64,000 nucleotides of DNA, from positions 184,708 to 248,707 of the forward strand of contig JAQGDQ010000261.1 in assembly GCA_030141605.1 (NCBI GenBank), given 5' to 3'. The notes beneath the pieces were generated by a model that made no database searches, was not told the DNA's origin, and saw nothing but the letters and a program-made list of their open reading frames with translations. The DNA is from Tubiluchus corallicola. Its lineage: Eukaryota > Animalia > Priapulida. Within the stretch, counting starts at the first letter, position 1. The number at the start of each line of letters is the position of its first letter. Positions 27,201-38,179 of the stretch are shown here, one piece after another. A program made the translations under genes and the position numbers.

Positions 27201-30200
27201 TGCAAGGGCAAAAGCTCCTGAATAAATATTATTATCTTTGAGTCTATAATAGAGCATTACGTTTTTCTCTACTTACAAGATATTTTAAAAAATACCGATA
27301 GCAATCATGCCGTACAATTACGGTTACTAAAACCTCAGTTAAGATATATTATCACAAAATTTAAATAATGATAACGCGATAATAATCTAATGCTGTTTTT
27401 CAAATATTATAAACATTTAAAGTTTTTGGTCGGTACGGGATAAGAACTTCGGAAACAGGGTTCAGGACGGTACTAAATGTTTGAGAATGGGGTTCGGGAT
27501 TGAGGGTTGTAATCATAACAACTCTGATCCCGAACACTACTAGAGGTAAGCAGTTTAACAGAAATTTGAATTTACAGACTGTATTTGAATGGTAACCATT
27601 TTGGAAATGATTTGCTGGTGACCATGTTGAAAACGATTTGGCTAGGTTGAACTCAAGGGATTCAGGGTTGCAAGTTCTATAAGTGTGCATGTTTTATGAT
27701 TTTGTTATCTTATAGGGAAGTACATGTTTATCTATCAAAGTTTTTGGTGGAGGCAGCCACAACTTGGTTGCCATTTTGTAAATGTCAAAGTGACAAAGCA
27801 ATGAAAGAAATATAGGAAAATCAACCAGTGTACCATCTTAGGAATGCCATGAGCAGAAAGTGTGCAAAATTTTATGTTTGTGTTGAATTTCTTTAATAAA
27901 ACTGCTAATACATGCAGGCATGCATCTAGCAAGTATTTTAGAAAAAATAATATTTTCAGCCACATTGGCTAAAATCAAATATAGCTTTATATAGAATTAA
28001 TCAGCATGTCACGCTGTGCGAAGTCAAATGGATTTGATTATGCATAAGGTAAAAATAAAATTGATAAATTGCAAATTTCTGTGGAGACCCTGTTGCAAGT
28101 TAAGCTATGTTTAGGTTTGTTTAAGGCTTTCCATATATGCGTGGCATATATATGTATGTTGCACAATAGGACTGTGATGTACAGATTGACTAAAGTGTTT
28201 TACCTGCTGTGAACGTACTAAACTACCTTGTAATCAGCATATTCTTGTCACTTCTACAGGGTTCTTGTCATTGTTGACGTGTTGTGAAATGCTGTCTAAG
28301 GGTTAAGATTAAAGAGTAGGGCTGATTCGGATTAATGATTAAAATTTGGGGCTGATTGATGATGATTGTAAGGTTAGCAATTACTTCCCATTATACAAAA
28401 GTAGATGTGTTAAAATGAAAAGCATCTACTTGTCCTTCTGTTCAGAAATCTTTTGCATATCAGTCAAATGCACTCTTATGTAAGCCTGACTATGTAAATC
28501 AAATTGTTTGAAAAGTCATCCATTGAAATAGTTGATGACCTTTGACCTTTTACTTAAAACACATTGTTATCATTTGTTTATTCTCCATATTTTGTTTTCA
28601 AATCATTTGCAACAAGTTTGCAGTATTCGGCCTCATGGCCTGGGCTGGATTATCCTATAGGTTAGTATAAGCCGCAACTTAGGGCCCCTCAAGCTTGGCA
28701 GCGTATTTGCATTGCTGAATAATTCGTTTAATTTAAAATAAAATTTAAACTCTAAAAAAGGAGGCCAGGAAGTATGAAAATCCAATTTTAAAGTGACTCC
28801 TCATGAGAAAAGATCCCTGTTTGAGGCCTGTATTTTGAGATTTTGAAGCCTTTTTTTGAAATATGGGGACCCATATTTAGGGACCAAAAATGTTGCTGGA
28901 CTATATCACTAATAAAAAATATTTGAGTCAAATGCGAGCAAACAGTGATTTCATAGAGGAAAACAAAGGTATTTGCACCCTTAAAAACAGATTTTTCACA
29001 TCATTCATACATTTATGAATATGTTAATTTGTTAAAGGATTTGTTTCCAGTAGCTTACCGTGTTTTATAGCTGACAAAGAGCTTTCCGACGATGGAACAG
29101 GGACTGTTGAAGAAACAAAGGATGTTGATACTGGTCTGTGGGATGTTTCTAGCACAGTCAGTATTAAGTTTCTGTCTGGTAACAATAAGCATCATGGAAA
29201 AACAATGAAATGTGAAGTGTCGCAAGCAGGACTTGAGCTTCAGTCTATAATTAAAATGCTGAATATCACTTGTAAGTTGAAAATATCGCAAAAATTTTAT
29301 TACTCAAAACTTGCGATACCAAAATCTGAATACCATTTGATAAGAAAGCTACAGAGGCTTTCTCAGCCGCCACTCTGCAGCCCCTGTTTTTGAGCCTGAT
29401 AGCTAGTTTTGGCACCAAACATCTCATATATTTTAATGTGGCATTTGTGTGTTTAGACAGTTTCACTCTTACTCTTCCAATTAAATTCTATAATTACCTT
29501 AACCTTATCCTTTTTTAAGTTTCATATATATTTGAAAATCAAAATTTTCAAGGACTGTATATTATGACATCATTGCTACAATATGATGCATGCCCAGAAC
29601 TTCTATGGGCACCTCAAAACTGGTATAAAATGGTCTTGAAGCAGTGGAAAAACGCATTCTTGCCCTAACGAGCAGCTATCGAAGTACTACCTGGTAAGTA
29701 CTAGTTAGTATTCTCAATATAGGATCATATAAATATACAGCTCAATATAGGCTGGGGAAATATGTTTCATATATGCCTGAGCAAGTAGCAAGAATACTAC
29801 TGATAGACACAGTTCACATTGCTGGGAAACTACGTCCTATATAAGCTTGGAGCAACCAACACTCTCACACTGCTTACATCCACAGATCTATTCTGTGAGT
29901 GTGAAGTTGCCTTTTGCTAGGCTGAGGAACTTAAGGTCTATGTTAGCCTATTGAATTTATCACACTAGTTTGAGGAGAATGTTAAACTTTCAACATTGAA
30001 TACCTACAAATTGCAAGTCATAGCATGATTATTTACTCGCTCTTGTTTGCTGTAGGATACGAGTTATTCAGTCACAACATTCACTACACGAGGATTTACA
30101 GGAAGACAAATTCCAAGAGCTAGCTACTAGTTCAGCCTTCATTCCTGTCTGAAAACCCAAGGCTGCAAATACCGACATCATATTAAAATTATTCATTATT

Positions 30201-33200
30201 TCTTATTTTAGCATAAAAGCAAGATAGTTATGTAAAAGCAATCATTTATGTATGATGCAATAAACGTGTGAAACGTATTTCACTGTTCTGCATTTTATTC
30301 TTGCTGTTGACTAGTTGCCTGAAAATGGTTTAACACAAATGAACCCAAACCATTCTGCAAAAGAGTGCAGTCTCATGAAATGACCCTAATGTTAGTGGTG
30401 TATTCTAGACCCGGCACAGTTACATAAAGCCAATGTTCCTGAATTGGTCTCCCTTTGTACGGTGAATGCCATATACTGACATCAGCTTGAGGATTGTCTT
30501 TTGTCATTCTTTATAGTTGTTTTCTTTACTACTAAAATGGTCGAGTATTTTGTCTGAAAATTAATTTGAAATTTTGAGTGAGTTATCATTTTTCATATTT
30601 TTTACACAGTTTGGCGCATACTGCCAGCCAAGATTCCAGTATTCAACAGCAGTTCATACTTAATGTTCAGATCATCTGACAGTACATCTGATCCACCTGA
30701 ATCAGATACATACACATCCTCCCAAAATGAGAGAAACAGCTGGGATGGCATGGCACCTTAATAAAATTTTCTAAGCATTGTTCCCACTAGTTATTCAGCC
30801 ATTATTTTACCTACTGCTTATTATGGTCTCACCAGATTGTGTCAGATAAAGCATAAGCGTTATAGTATATGGTGTCTGATTAGTTCTGTTTACTTGTATG
30901 TTAATGTATCATGACACTAGCTTAAATAGCATTAATAGTTTGTTTGTAATAGATTAATAGCATTAATTATTTGTAATAGATTTCCGTGCGGACACTTTAC
31001 TCGTTGAACTGCTTGGTGATCATGTACGTCCTCACAACCAGTTGCCAAGTGGAACAAAATTGCACTTGAGATGCTTTGTAGATGCCAATCCAACACCAGG
31101 TTTTAACTGGAGCACTCCAAATTTGGGGTCATTTAGGGGTACCCAAGAACTTGCTAAACTAAACATTTCATCAGATCACACTGGAAAATACACTTGTTCT
31201 GCTGGAAATGAGTATGGACAAGATTCAGATTCAATATATGTTAAGGTTACAGGTAAGTTTATGCCCTATGTTGTTAATTAAATTAATTGTTATAAGAAAA
31301 ATATAATAAAATTATTATTGAATTCAAATGTTATAAAAAATGTCAGATTTTAAAATAATCAATATTCTCATAACGGTAAATGAAATATGACAATTGACTG
31401 TAGTTATATAAAGCATGTCGATCTTTGTTGGATTTAAATTCGTGAACATTTAAGAACTAGTATTTTAGGAGCTTATATTTAAGAACTACCAAATATTTCA
31501 AAATTGGCCATACTGACCTTCCAAAATATTTGTGTATACCTATAATTTTTTTATTTTTACTGTAGTTCGGTTTATGTGTTTATGTGCATGCTAGCTTAGT
31601 TCTAGTTGTTTTAGAACACATCATTTTATGAATCTATGAATGGGTGATATTTACACAACACATTCTGGATAGATTTGGCAGAGCCAATAATCTTTCATAT
31701 TTCAAATAACAAAAAGTCGTATATACTGCTAGTTCAAAATTTTATATATGCTAGTTCAAAATTTTAAGGTTTTATCATTTTTGAAAAACCTAATTAAGGC
31801 TTTGCTGTTTCAAAATGGATAGGGGGTAAATTTTGCAGCATGATATTAGAGCATATTTCGTGTCCTTTGATCCGCTTGATTTTTTTGACGTCGCATCTGT
31901 AGCAAAGACCTTCATTTTCCGAAAGTTCTATCATTTCTATAATTTTTGAATAAAGGAGCTGCATGATTATAGAGAATGATACTAAAACATTATGAGGACT
32001 GGAGCTAGGACGCAGAATTATAGAGTTTTATGTCACGTCATAATTTTCAAAATCATAGAGATGACATGGATCTATTTTGAAAACAGCTACTTATATCTTA
32101 TTATTAAGACCATTTTTTCATCACTAAGGGGAATAAATCTGTTAGCAGATGTGTTCTTATTCTCTAACATGAAAATTATCTCTCAGTGATCAGCACTATT
32201 TAAAGCATCCATTTATCCCTATGGCTATTGTATGCTGTGAGTCTTACCATCAGCCTGTCATACAGGATTTTGTCCAGTTTTCAACCAAATGTATCCATTG
32301 TTTCATATGCTTCTCTCTGTATTACCTGTTTCATTATATTTGGTGTGAATTATTTAATAATCACTTACATTTGTGTAGCTGGTGGCACTAATTACATGTA
32401 ATTCAAGTTACATTGCAGCATTGTGTCTACAGAACCATTTCAGAATGACACGTGTGTATCGTATGCCTTTTTCAGATATCATAGTTATTACGGGTCCAAC
32501 AGAAATTTGGACTGCTCTGTATAAAGATACTGAATTTGCACTCGAAACTTGCTATGTAAGGAATTTGAGAAAATTTAAGTGGCTAGTGAGAGGTCGTACG
32601 CTTGTACACAAAAATCCAGGAGTCGTGAAGAATGGCAGATATGTATCCGTGCTAACTAGTGAAGTTGGTCAGCGTGTCGGTGCTAATTGCTATCGAAGTT
32701 TCTTTACCATTAGAGACACACAGCCAGTAGATATAGCTGCCGTTGCTCTCATTGTAGAAGGGCAAGAAGGAAATGCAAAAGACGAAAAAACTGTTGAGTT
32801 AAAATGTGAGTGAATGTCGTTTTTTTCATTACAGACTATCTATAGTTTCTTAAATATACAAAAATTTACTGTGTGCCAAATGACAAAACAGAATTTTACC
32901 AGAAAATAAAAAAGAGTGCTTGCATTAATAAAAATATCCTGCTTAACACTTACAGCAGTTAGTCTAAGTAAGTAATTAACTGAAGAAGAAGGCCGTGGAA
33001 AGTTGAGTCAACCAGGACTTGAACCCAAAACCTTATCCTTTCAAGACATACATTCTGCCATCTAAGCTACTGACTCAACGGGCAGAGCTGATCTTAACTG
33101 TTATCCCATCAATACACAATCAATCAATCAATAAATACTCAATAAATAAATAAAGCAAACCTACCTATCCACTACTAGTGACATATCAGTGCATTTAAAT

Positions 33201-36200
33201 ACCATCATTAATTTAATGAGAGTCAACTTGTAAAAATTTGCACTTGCACCATTCTATAGGGTATCCACACATATACATGTGATTTGAACACCTAGACAAA
33301 GTTCTTGATAGCTTTTCCAAATAAACAGGTTTTAAAGACTTACTGAAGCATGCCAGTATCTTAGCTTTGTGATACTGCCTATCATTACAATATAACTTAG
33401 CAACACGAAATTAAGGCGGCGAGATATGGACAGTAGATTCGTCGAGAAAGTAGATACGACAGCTATAGTAATGTCTACTGACAATTTATTCTACTAGACA
33501 GATAGATTTTATACACCCATACACACGTAGAGGTGCGAAACAGTATCACCATTTAAGATTCTAATAGGCCATCCTCGAAGGCATTCAAAACTTGCTACTG
33601 AGCACTAATAATGTAGAAAGTGGCACTGACACAGTAAAATTTGATGATATCAAGTGTCGACATAACTTACTGCAGATCAGACAAATCATTAGCTGACACC
33701 TATCAGAGAGACAGCAGTAATTATCAGATACAAATGTGAAAGCTGAACATCTGTGAAACATCTAAGCTTTAATTAGCAAGTGTACAGTGGCTTAGCTCAG
33801 CATCATCATGCTCTTTATAAAAGACAGCCAAAGCATGATTTAATAAAAGTACCAGTAATATTACTAGTCTGTCAAGCATGGCGTAATAAAAAATGTAATG
33901 TTACTACATCCTTAACATCCTTTAAATAATACTAAGATCATGATGGAAAAGTTTTAGCATTTATTGCACGATGCACAGATATGTGCAGTCATACAGTAAT
34001 TAAATTGAAAGATATCAGATTTCTCAGCAGAGCTTTTCAGTGTCTACTTCTGCAATTATATCAAAATATTAAGTGAAAGCACATAACTAAAATTGTTGCT
34101 GGAAGCAGCCATGATTGTAGAGAAAATAATCAACCAAACTATCAAAAACTTTCAGGACAGATCCAAAACATTCGGACCAGACCATAGTTCAGTATACCTT
34201 AGACATCCACGGCTGGGAGACAACAATATGCTTTTGAAGATTCTTTAAAAACAGTTAAGTATACTTACCCCTGCAGCATGCTGAGAGTCATTTATTCCTC
34301 TAGGGTAGGACTGCTTTACCTATTAATTTGAAAGATGAGATAGAAGCCCACACTGTTAGTAATATTGTATATGAATTTATTTGCAATTGTGGAACCTAGT
34401 ATGTGGGCCATCTCAAAGACTGATCGTTAGAGTGAAAGAACACATACCAGTATGAATAAGAACCAAATCCACAGCCGTTTGAACTCAACCAGATAGAAAA
34501 GCAAAAGTAATTCAGCTACAAACCAAGACAAAGCCACTTCTGCTATAGCCCAGCATCTACACAACAATCAGTCAGGTAATTGATTCAGATTTCAAAATTA
34601 CATACAAGTGCAGATCAGATTTTCATCTTAAAATTTTGGAAGCAATAATCATAAATTTTAAAGACCCAATTGTATGTAGACAAAAAGAACATGTTACTGA
34701 ATATAGTCCTAATTTTATTCAGTAACAAACATGGCTGCTTTCAGCAACAATTTTAGTTTTGTGCTTTTACCTAATATCTTGATATAATTGCAGAAGTAGA
34801 CACTGAAAAGCTCTGCTGAACAGTCTTATGTTTTTCAGTTTTGTTACTGTATGACTGCATATACCTGTGCTCTGTACAATAAATGCTGAAACTTTACCAC
34901 CATGGTCTTAGTATTATTTAGAGCATCCTTAACATCCAAAACAAAACATCTTTATCCCAAATAATTGCCTGCTTATCCTTATTTACCGGGATTTGTCTGT
35001 ATTATGTGATATAATAGTGGCTTGAAATTACCATTAATCGCTATATAATTGTTTCTACTTACTTGTGTGTGGAATCAGAGCTCTGAACAACTCTAATGAA
35101 ATCAGTTTCATTTATTATTTCTAACAGGTGAACCTACATTAGTACGAGGATCAAAGAAGGAATTTTTTGGTTTTATCGCATATGATGTAAAAATAATATT
35201 AGAATTTTGTTGTCATCCCATCTACAAATCAGTGAAGTGGGAATGGTCAGACGGTGTTATTGACCTTACAGCAAATTCTGAAGGCAGTTTTAAGCAACGT
35301 TTTCTTGCGTATGTTCGTGCCTCACACAGCTTCAGGTATCGAGACTATAATAGTTCCATTACACCTTCAGGAAGTAGGTGCTATACTGCTGGCCTTACAA
35401 TATTGTCTGCTGAACCATATCACTCACAGACATATCAATTATTTGTAAACAACAGAGAGAAGGATGCAGTTTTCAATGCAAAACTTTATCTAACGGGTAA
35501 GTTATTATATTATCTCAGTTAAATTCATTTTATCTTGGGGTGGTCTACAAAATCCTGATCAGTTTACAAAGGCTAAGTGTTGTCATCTCAGATCATCAAG
35601 TGCTTTCATAGAGAAATGTGAATTACTGGACTTACAAAATGAAATACATATGTGACACTTCAGTCTTCGTAGCAACTCCAAATAAAATTCACCTCACAGG
35701 CAAGAGACTCACTCACATTTGCAGACTTCTCGAGCTAATATCACAAGGTTAAACATTGTTTCAATAAACTCCATTTACGCTATACAAGAATGCTCAATTC
35801 AGACATTATAGACAACAGAGAAAAAACTGCTCATGCTCTTAATTGCCACCACAGTAACATACAATCATTTTTGCCTTTATGCTTGCAGCATCTCTTACAT
35901 GATATGTGTACATTTAATTTGTTTGTTATGTTCATGTTATAAAAAAGTACTGAGGTGCTCTAGCAGTACACACTTCTGCTGTGTAGGGTTATTAAGATTG
36001 GGATTATTTAAATGCAGTGTTTTATGCAGCATTATAAGTTTTTATTTTACCAATCAAGCAATTTCATACAAGCCCATGCTATTGTATGTGTAATTGTAAC
36101 AGTTTTAACAGCTAGTTAGAACCTTACCTTGTCCATTTATCTTGTTCCCGAAGCCAAGATCCTGCTAGTAAATCACTCTAGATCATCTAGACTAATGCAT

Positions 36201-38179
36201 AATGAAGCAAAATCCATGTAAAATAACAAGGAAATGGCATCGCAATTGAACTTACTGAACTGATGTGGGAGACAGCTTTGCCTTACCCACATGTCACGTG
36301 ACCATTGTAGTTAAGACGCATTGCTGGGTTTCACTTAACTTTTGACCTACAACAACTGCACGTGTACATAGCAAAACTGCGAAAAGGCTTATTTACCAAT
36401 AACCATTCGACAATGGAACGATGCAACCCAACTCTCACTGTTTTTTTATTCCAATGCTCTTTAGCATTCTTAGCAAATAAATTTCTTCATTCTACATTTG
36501 AAAATAATGTGAGTGTTCGTGTTGTAAAGTTTTCATATCATATACAATTGCCATCCATGGGTGGATAAATCCTACTAAAATGAACTAATCTGATTGACAC
36601 ACAACAGTCAGTTTTTATTTGCTTTTTAGTTGCTTTACAGACTGCAGTGTTATTTTTTTTTAGATGGGCCAGGACTTCTTGCACGACAACTTAGCATCTC
36701 ATTCGGTGTTTTGATCCCTCTAGCTATAGTAGCTATAGTTGCCTTTGCTTTTGCCAAGAAAATATGGTGCTTTAAATGTATGTATTATTATTGCCACTAT
36801 CGCTTACTTTTATAAAACAAACTTTAGCAGCATTTGCATTACTTGTCAGGTAACACTAACATTAATGTAAAACTTGATGCCCATAATTTTTTAAAAAATG
36901 TATCAGTGTTTTAAATTGCTGTTGTAGTAGAAATTGGTTTTCATGTTTAGAGTTGTTGTAATATTGCAGTCGCTAAAGTCCTTTTTTGTCCAATGCTGCA
37001 TTTGCTATTTTTTTCATATTTATTCACCCATGACTGACAATATCATCCTTATTCTATTTTTGTTAATATAATTTAATTATAGATCAATTTATCTTACATA
37101 TATATGTATTTATTTCACTAAATTTTTTTTGGCACTATAAGCTTCAAATTATGAAACTTGTTAACTATGATCCAAAGTGAAACTAATTAGTGGGTACATC
37201 TTTTGTAATTTGTTTTTGCTACATGTAGTTACTTGTTGGGGGGTGGGGGAGAAATGGCACAATTGTGGGAATAGGCTTAGTTGTGGGAAATCCATACTTA
37301 CAGAAAAGCAGGATACCACAAACCCTTTAAATACTGAAAATCTATACTATTTCAAATAGTTTTAATCTGAATATTTTAAAGAGCTGATTTATACACCTGT
37401 GTTACAACTATGGAAATTTTGAAACATCTGAATTTTTTGCAGCACGAACTGAAATAAGGGAAGAAACGCCTACTGTTCTTACCACAGCAGTTCCAACTGC
37501 TAGACGGACATCCTTAGCTTCGACTCTTGTAATGATGCAGCCAGCCTTTCCTACATCAGATGTGACTGGTATAGCTCAACCATATGTTCCTATGGTAGGA
37601 ACCACAGTAGTTGGGGCACAACCACCTATTGCCCCTCTTCCGTCTGTTAGTCTAACTGGTATAGCTCAACCTATTGTGTCACCTAGTCCAGCAGGAGTTG
37701 TGACATCATATGTCCCAATGAGTGGTACGACAGCAGCTGGGGCACAAACTTTTGTCCCTTCATCTAGAACCAGTATTACTGGAATAGGACCTTTGGTTGC
37801 CTCGCCTACCCCAACTAGTGTCATGCCATCTTATGTTCCCATCACAGGAGGCTGGACACAACAACAGTTTGCCCCTGCCCACAGGACTAGTCTCACTGGA
37901 GCAGTACAGCCGATTGTTCCCATTACTACTGGAAGTCTGACTGCATTTCCACAAGCTTCAGTGCAGATGGTGCCTGTTGGTAGTGTGATGGGAGTAACGC
38001 AACCTATGACACCAGTTGAAGTGTCAGCAGAAATGCTACCTGCAGAACAGGGTCAATCAGACACTGCTCCACTTCCTCCCATTAGTGAAACCCCACGACC
38101 AGAAGATGGTTCTCAGTTGCCAGAAGAGATATCTACTAGTCAAGAACAGGAACGATCAGTCAGTGCTCAAAAGCAATAA
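18248..38179 (+). CDS. Gene B: complete type-I transmembrane IgSF receptor (~760 aa; signal peptide, 4 Ig-like domains, TM, repeat-containing tail); tandem paralog of gene A
   Basis: Exons 18248-18293, 24819-24890, 26555-26695, 29071-29271, 30980-31252, 32476-32805, 35128-35496, 36664-36777, 37443-38179 are all GT-AG and phase 1, total 2283 nt with an open frame. In-frame upstream ATG at 18221 is an alternative start. AATAAA at 38331. Confidence 0.88.
19477..24010 (-). mobile_element. Near full-length, disrupted CR1-clade LINE (ORF1, APE endonuclease, reverse transcriptase); 5' boundary approximate
   Basis: Minus-strand fragments: ORF1 22930-23757; APE (GIYRSP, CGDFN..INW, SDH) 22250-22911; RT (GPDGIH, NYRPISLTSVVCKLLE, SGIPQG.VLGPILF.IYINDL, LFADDTK) 20093-21639; frameshifts and stops; 3' hairpin ~19992-20039 and (GGTAAC)n tail. 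Confidence 0.93.
19499..19980. mobile_element. hAT-type MITE inserted in the LINE 3' tail; contains six 15-bp GTTTACACAATT[T/C]AA-like repeats (~19665-19755)
   Basis: Perfect 8-bp TSD CCGTTACC (19491-98 / 19981-88); imperfect TIR CTGTAGCGGAT / ATCCGCCGCTG. Confidence 0.8.
24819..24890 (+). CDS. Gene B exon: signal peptide end plus short acidic linker
   Basis: tttcag|TTTGG..CCAG|gtaaag, 72 nt, phase 1-1; WPISSFASTDPPLLDVNSADSDP. Confidence 0.75.
25087..25795. mobile_element. Old hAT-like MITE
   Basis: TAGAGATGTTAACAAT / ATTGTTTAACATCCTTA imperfect TIR; ATCG-rich subterminal repeats; degenerate 8-bp TSD aaTATAGT / tgTATAGT. Confidence 0.6.
26555..26695 (+). CDS. Gene B exon: first half of C2-set Ig domain
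   Basis: cacag|TTCCA..ATAG|gtatat, 141 nt (same length as the gene A paralog exon); VKCSANGGYPKPSILFY. Confidence 0.88.
29071..29271 (+). CDS. Gene B exon: second half of C2-set Ig domain
   Basis: ttatag|CTGAC..CACTT|gtaagt, 201 nt; TGLWDVSSTVSI..HHGKTMKCEV..LNIT(Y). Confidence 0.85.
30980..31252 (+). CDS. Gene B exon: I-set Ig domain
   Basis: aatag|ATTTC..ACAG|gtaagt, 273 nt; LRCFVDANPTPGFNW..HTGKYTCSAGNEYG. Confidence 0.9.
32476..32805 (+). CDS. Gene B exon: atypical Ig-like domain
   Basis: ttcag|ATATC..AAAT|gtgagt, 330 nt; W..LYKD shared with gene A; ETC..KW..NCYRSFFTI. Confidence 0.85.
33004..33076 (-). pseudogene. tRNA-like sequence (tRNA pseudogene or tRNA-derived SINE head)
   Basis: Minus strand GAGTCAG-TAGCTTAGATGG (A box)..GGTTCAAGTCC (B box)..TTGACTC-A, 73 nt; acceptor stem pairs, D and anticodon stems mismatched. 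Confidence 0.55.
33921..34923 (+). mobile_element. 5'-truncated Penelope-like retroelement (GIY-YIG remnant) with inverted pseudo-LTR
   Basis: ~195-bp inverted repeats (~33921-34115 vs ~34727-34922); interior encodes SNIVYEFICNCGT*YVG..RVKEH..SAIAQHL..HLKILEA..CRQKE; 14-bp flanking duplication CATCCTTAACATCC. Confidence 0.85.
35128..35496 (+). CDS. Gene B exon: atypical membrane-proximal Ig-like domain
   Basis: aacag|GTGAA..ACGG|gtaagt, 369 nt; EFCCHP..KWEW..CYTAGLTI..YQLFVNN. Confidence 0.87.
36664..36777 (+). CDS. Gene B exon: transmembrane segment
   Basis: tttag|ATGGG..AAAT|gtatgt, 114 nt; LSISFGVLIPLAIVAIVAFAFA-KKIWCF. Confidence 0.9.
37443..38179 (+). CDS. Gene B terminal exon: cytoplasmic tail with three ~41-42 aa YVP[M/I] repeats
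   Basis: tgcag|CACGA.. in frame with ORF 37532-38179 to TAA. Confidence 0.87.

Noticed and set aside
65-38179. Assigning gene symbols (kirre/nephrin/Fas3/Dscam/Alr) to genes A and B
   Set aside because: Only general domain resemblance; no FnIII domains, no mutually exclusive exon arrays, no C-terminal PDZ motif; orthology cannot be established without a search
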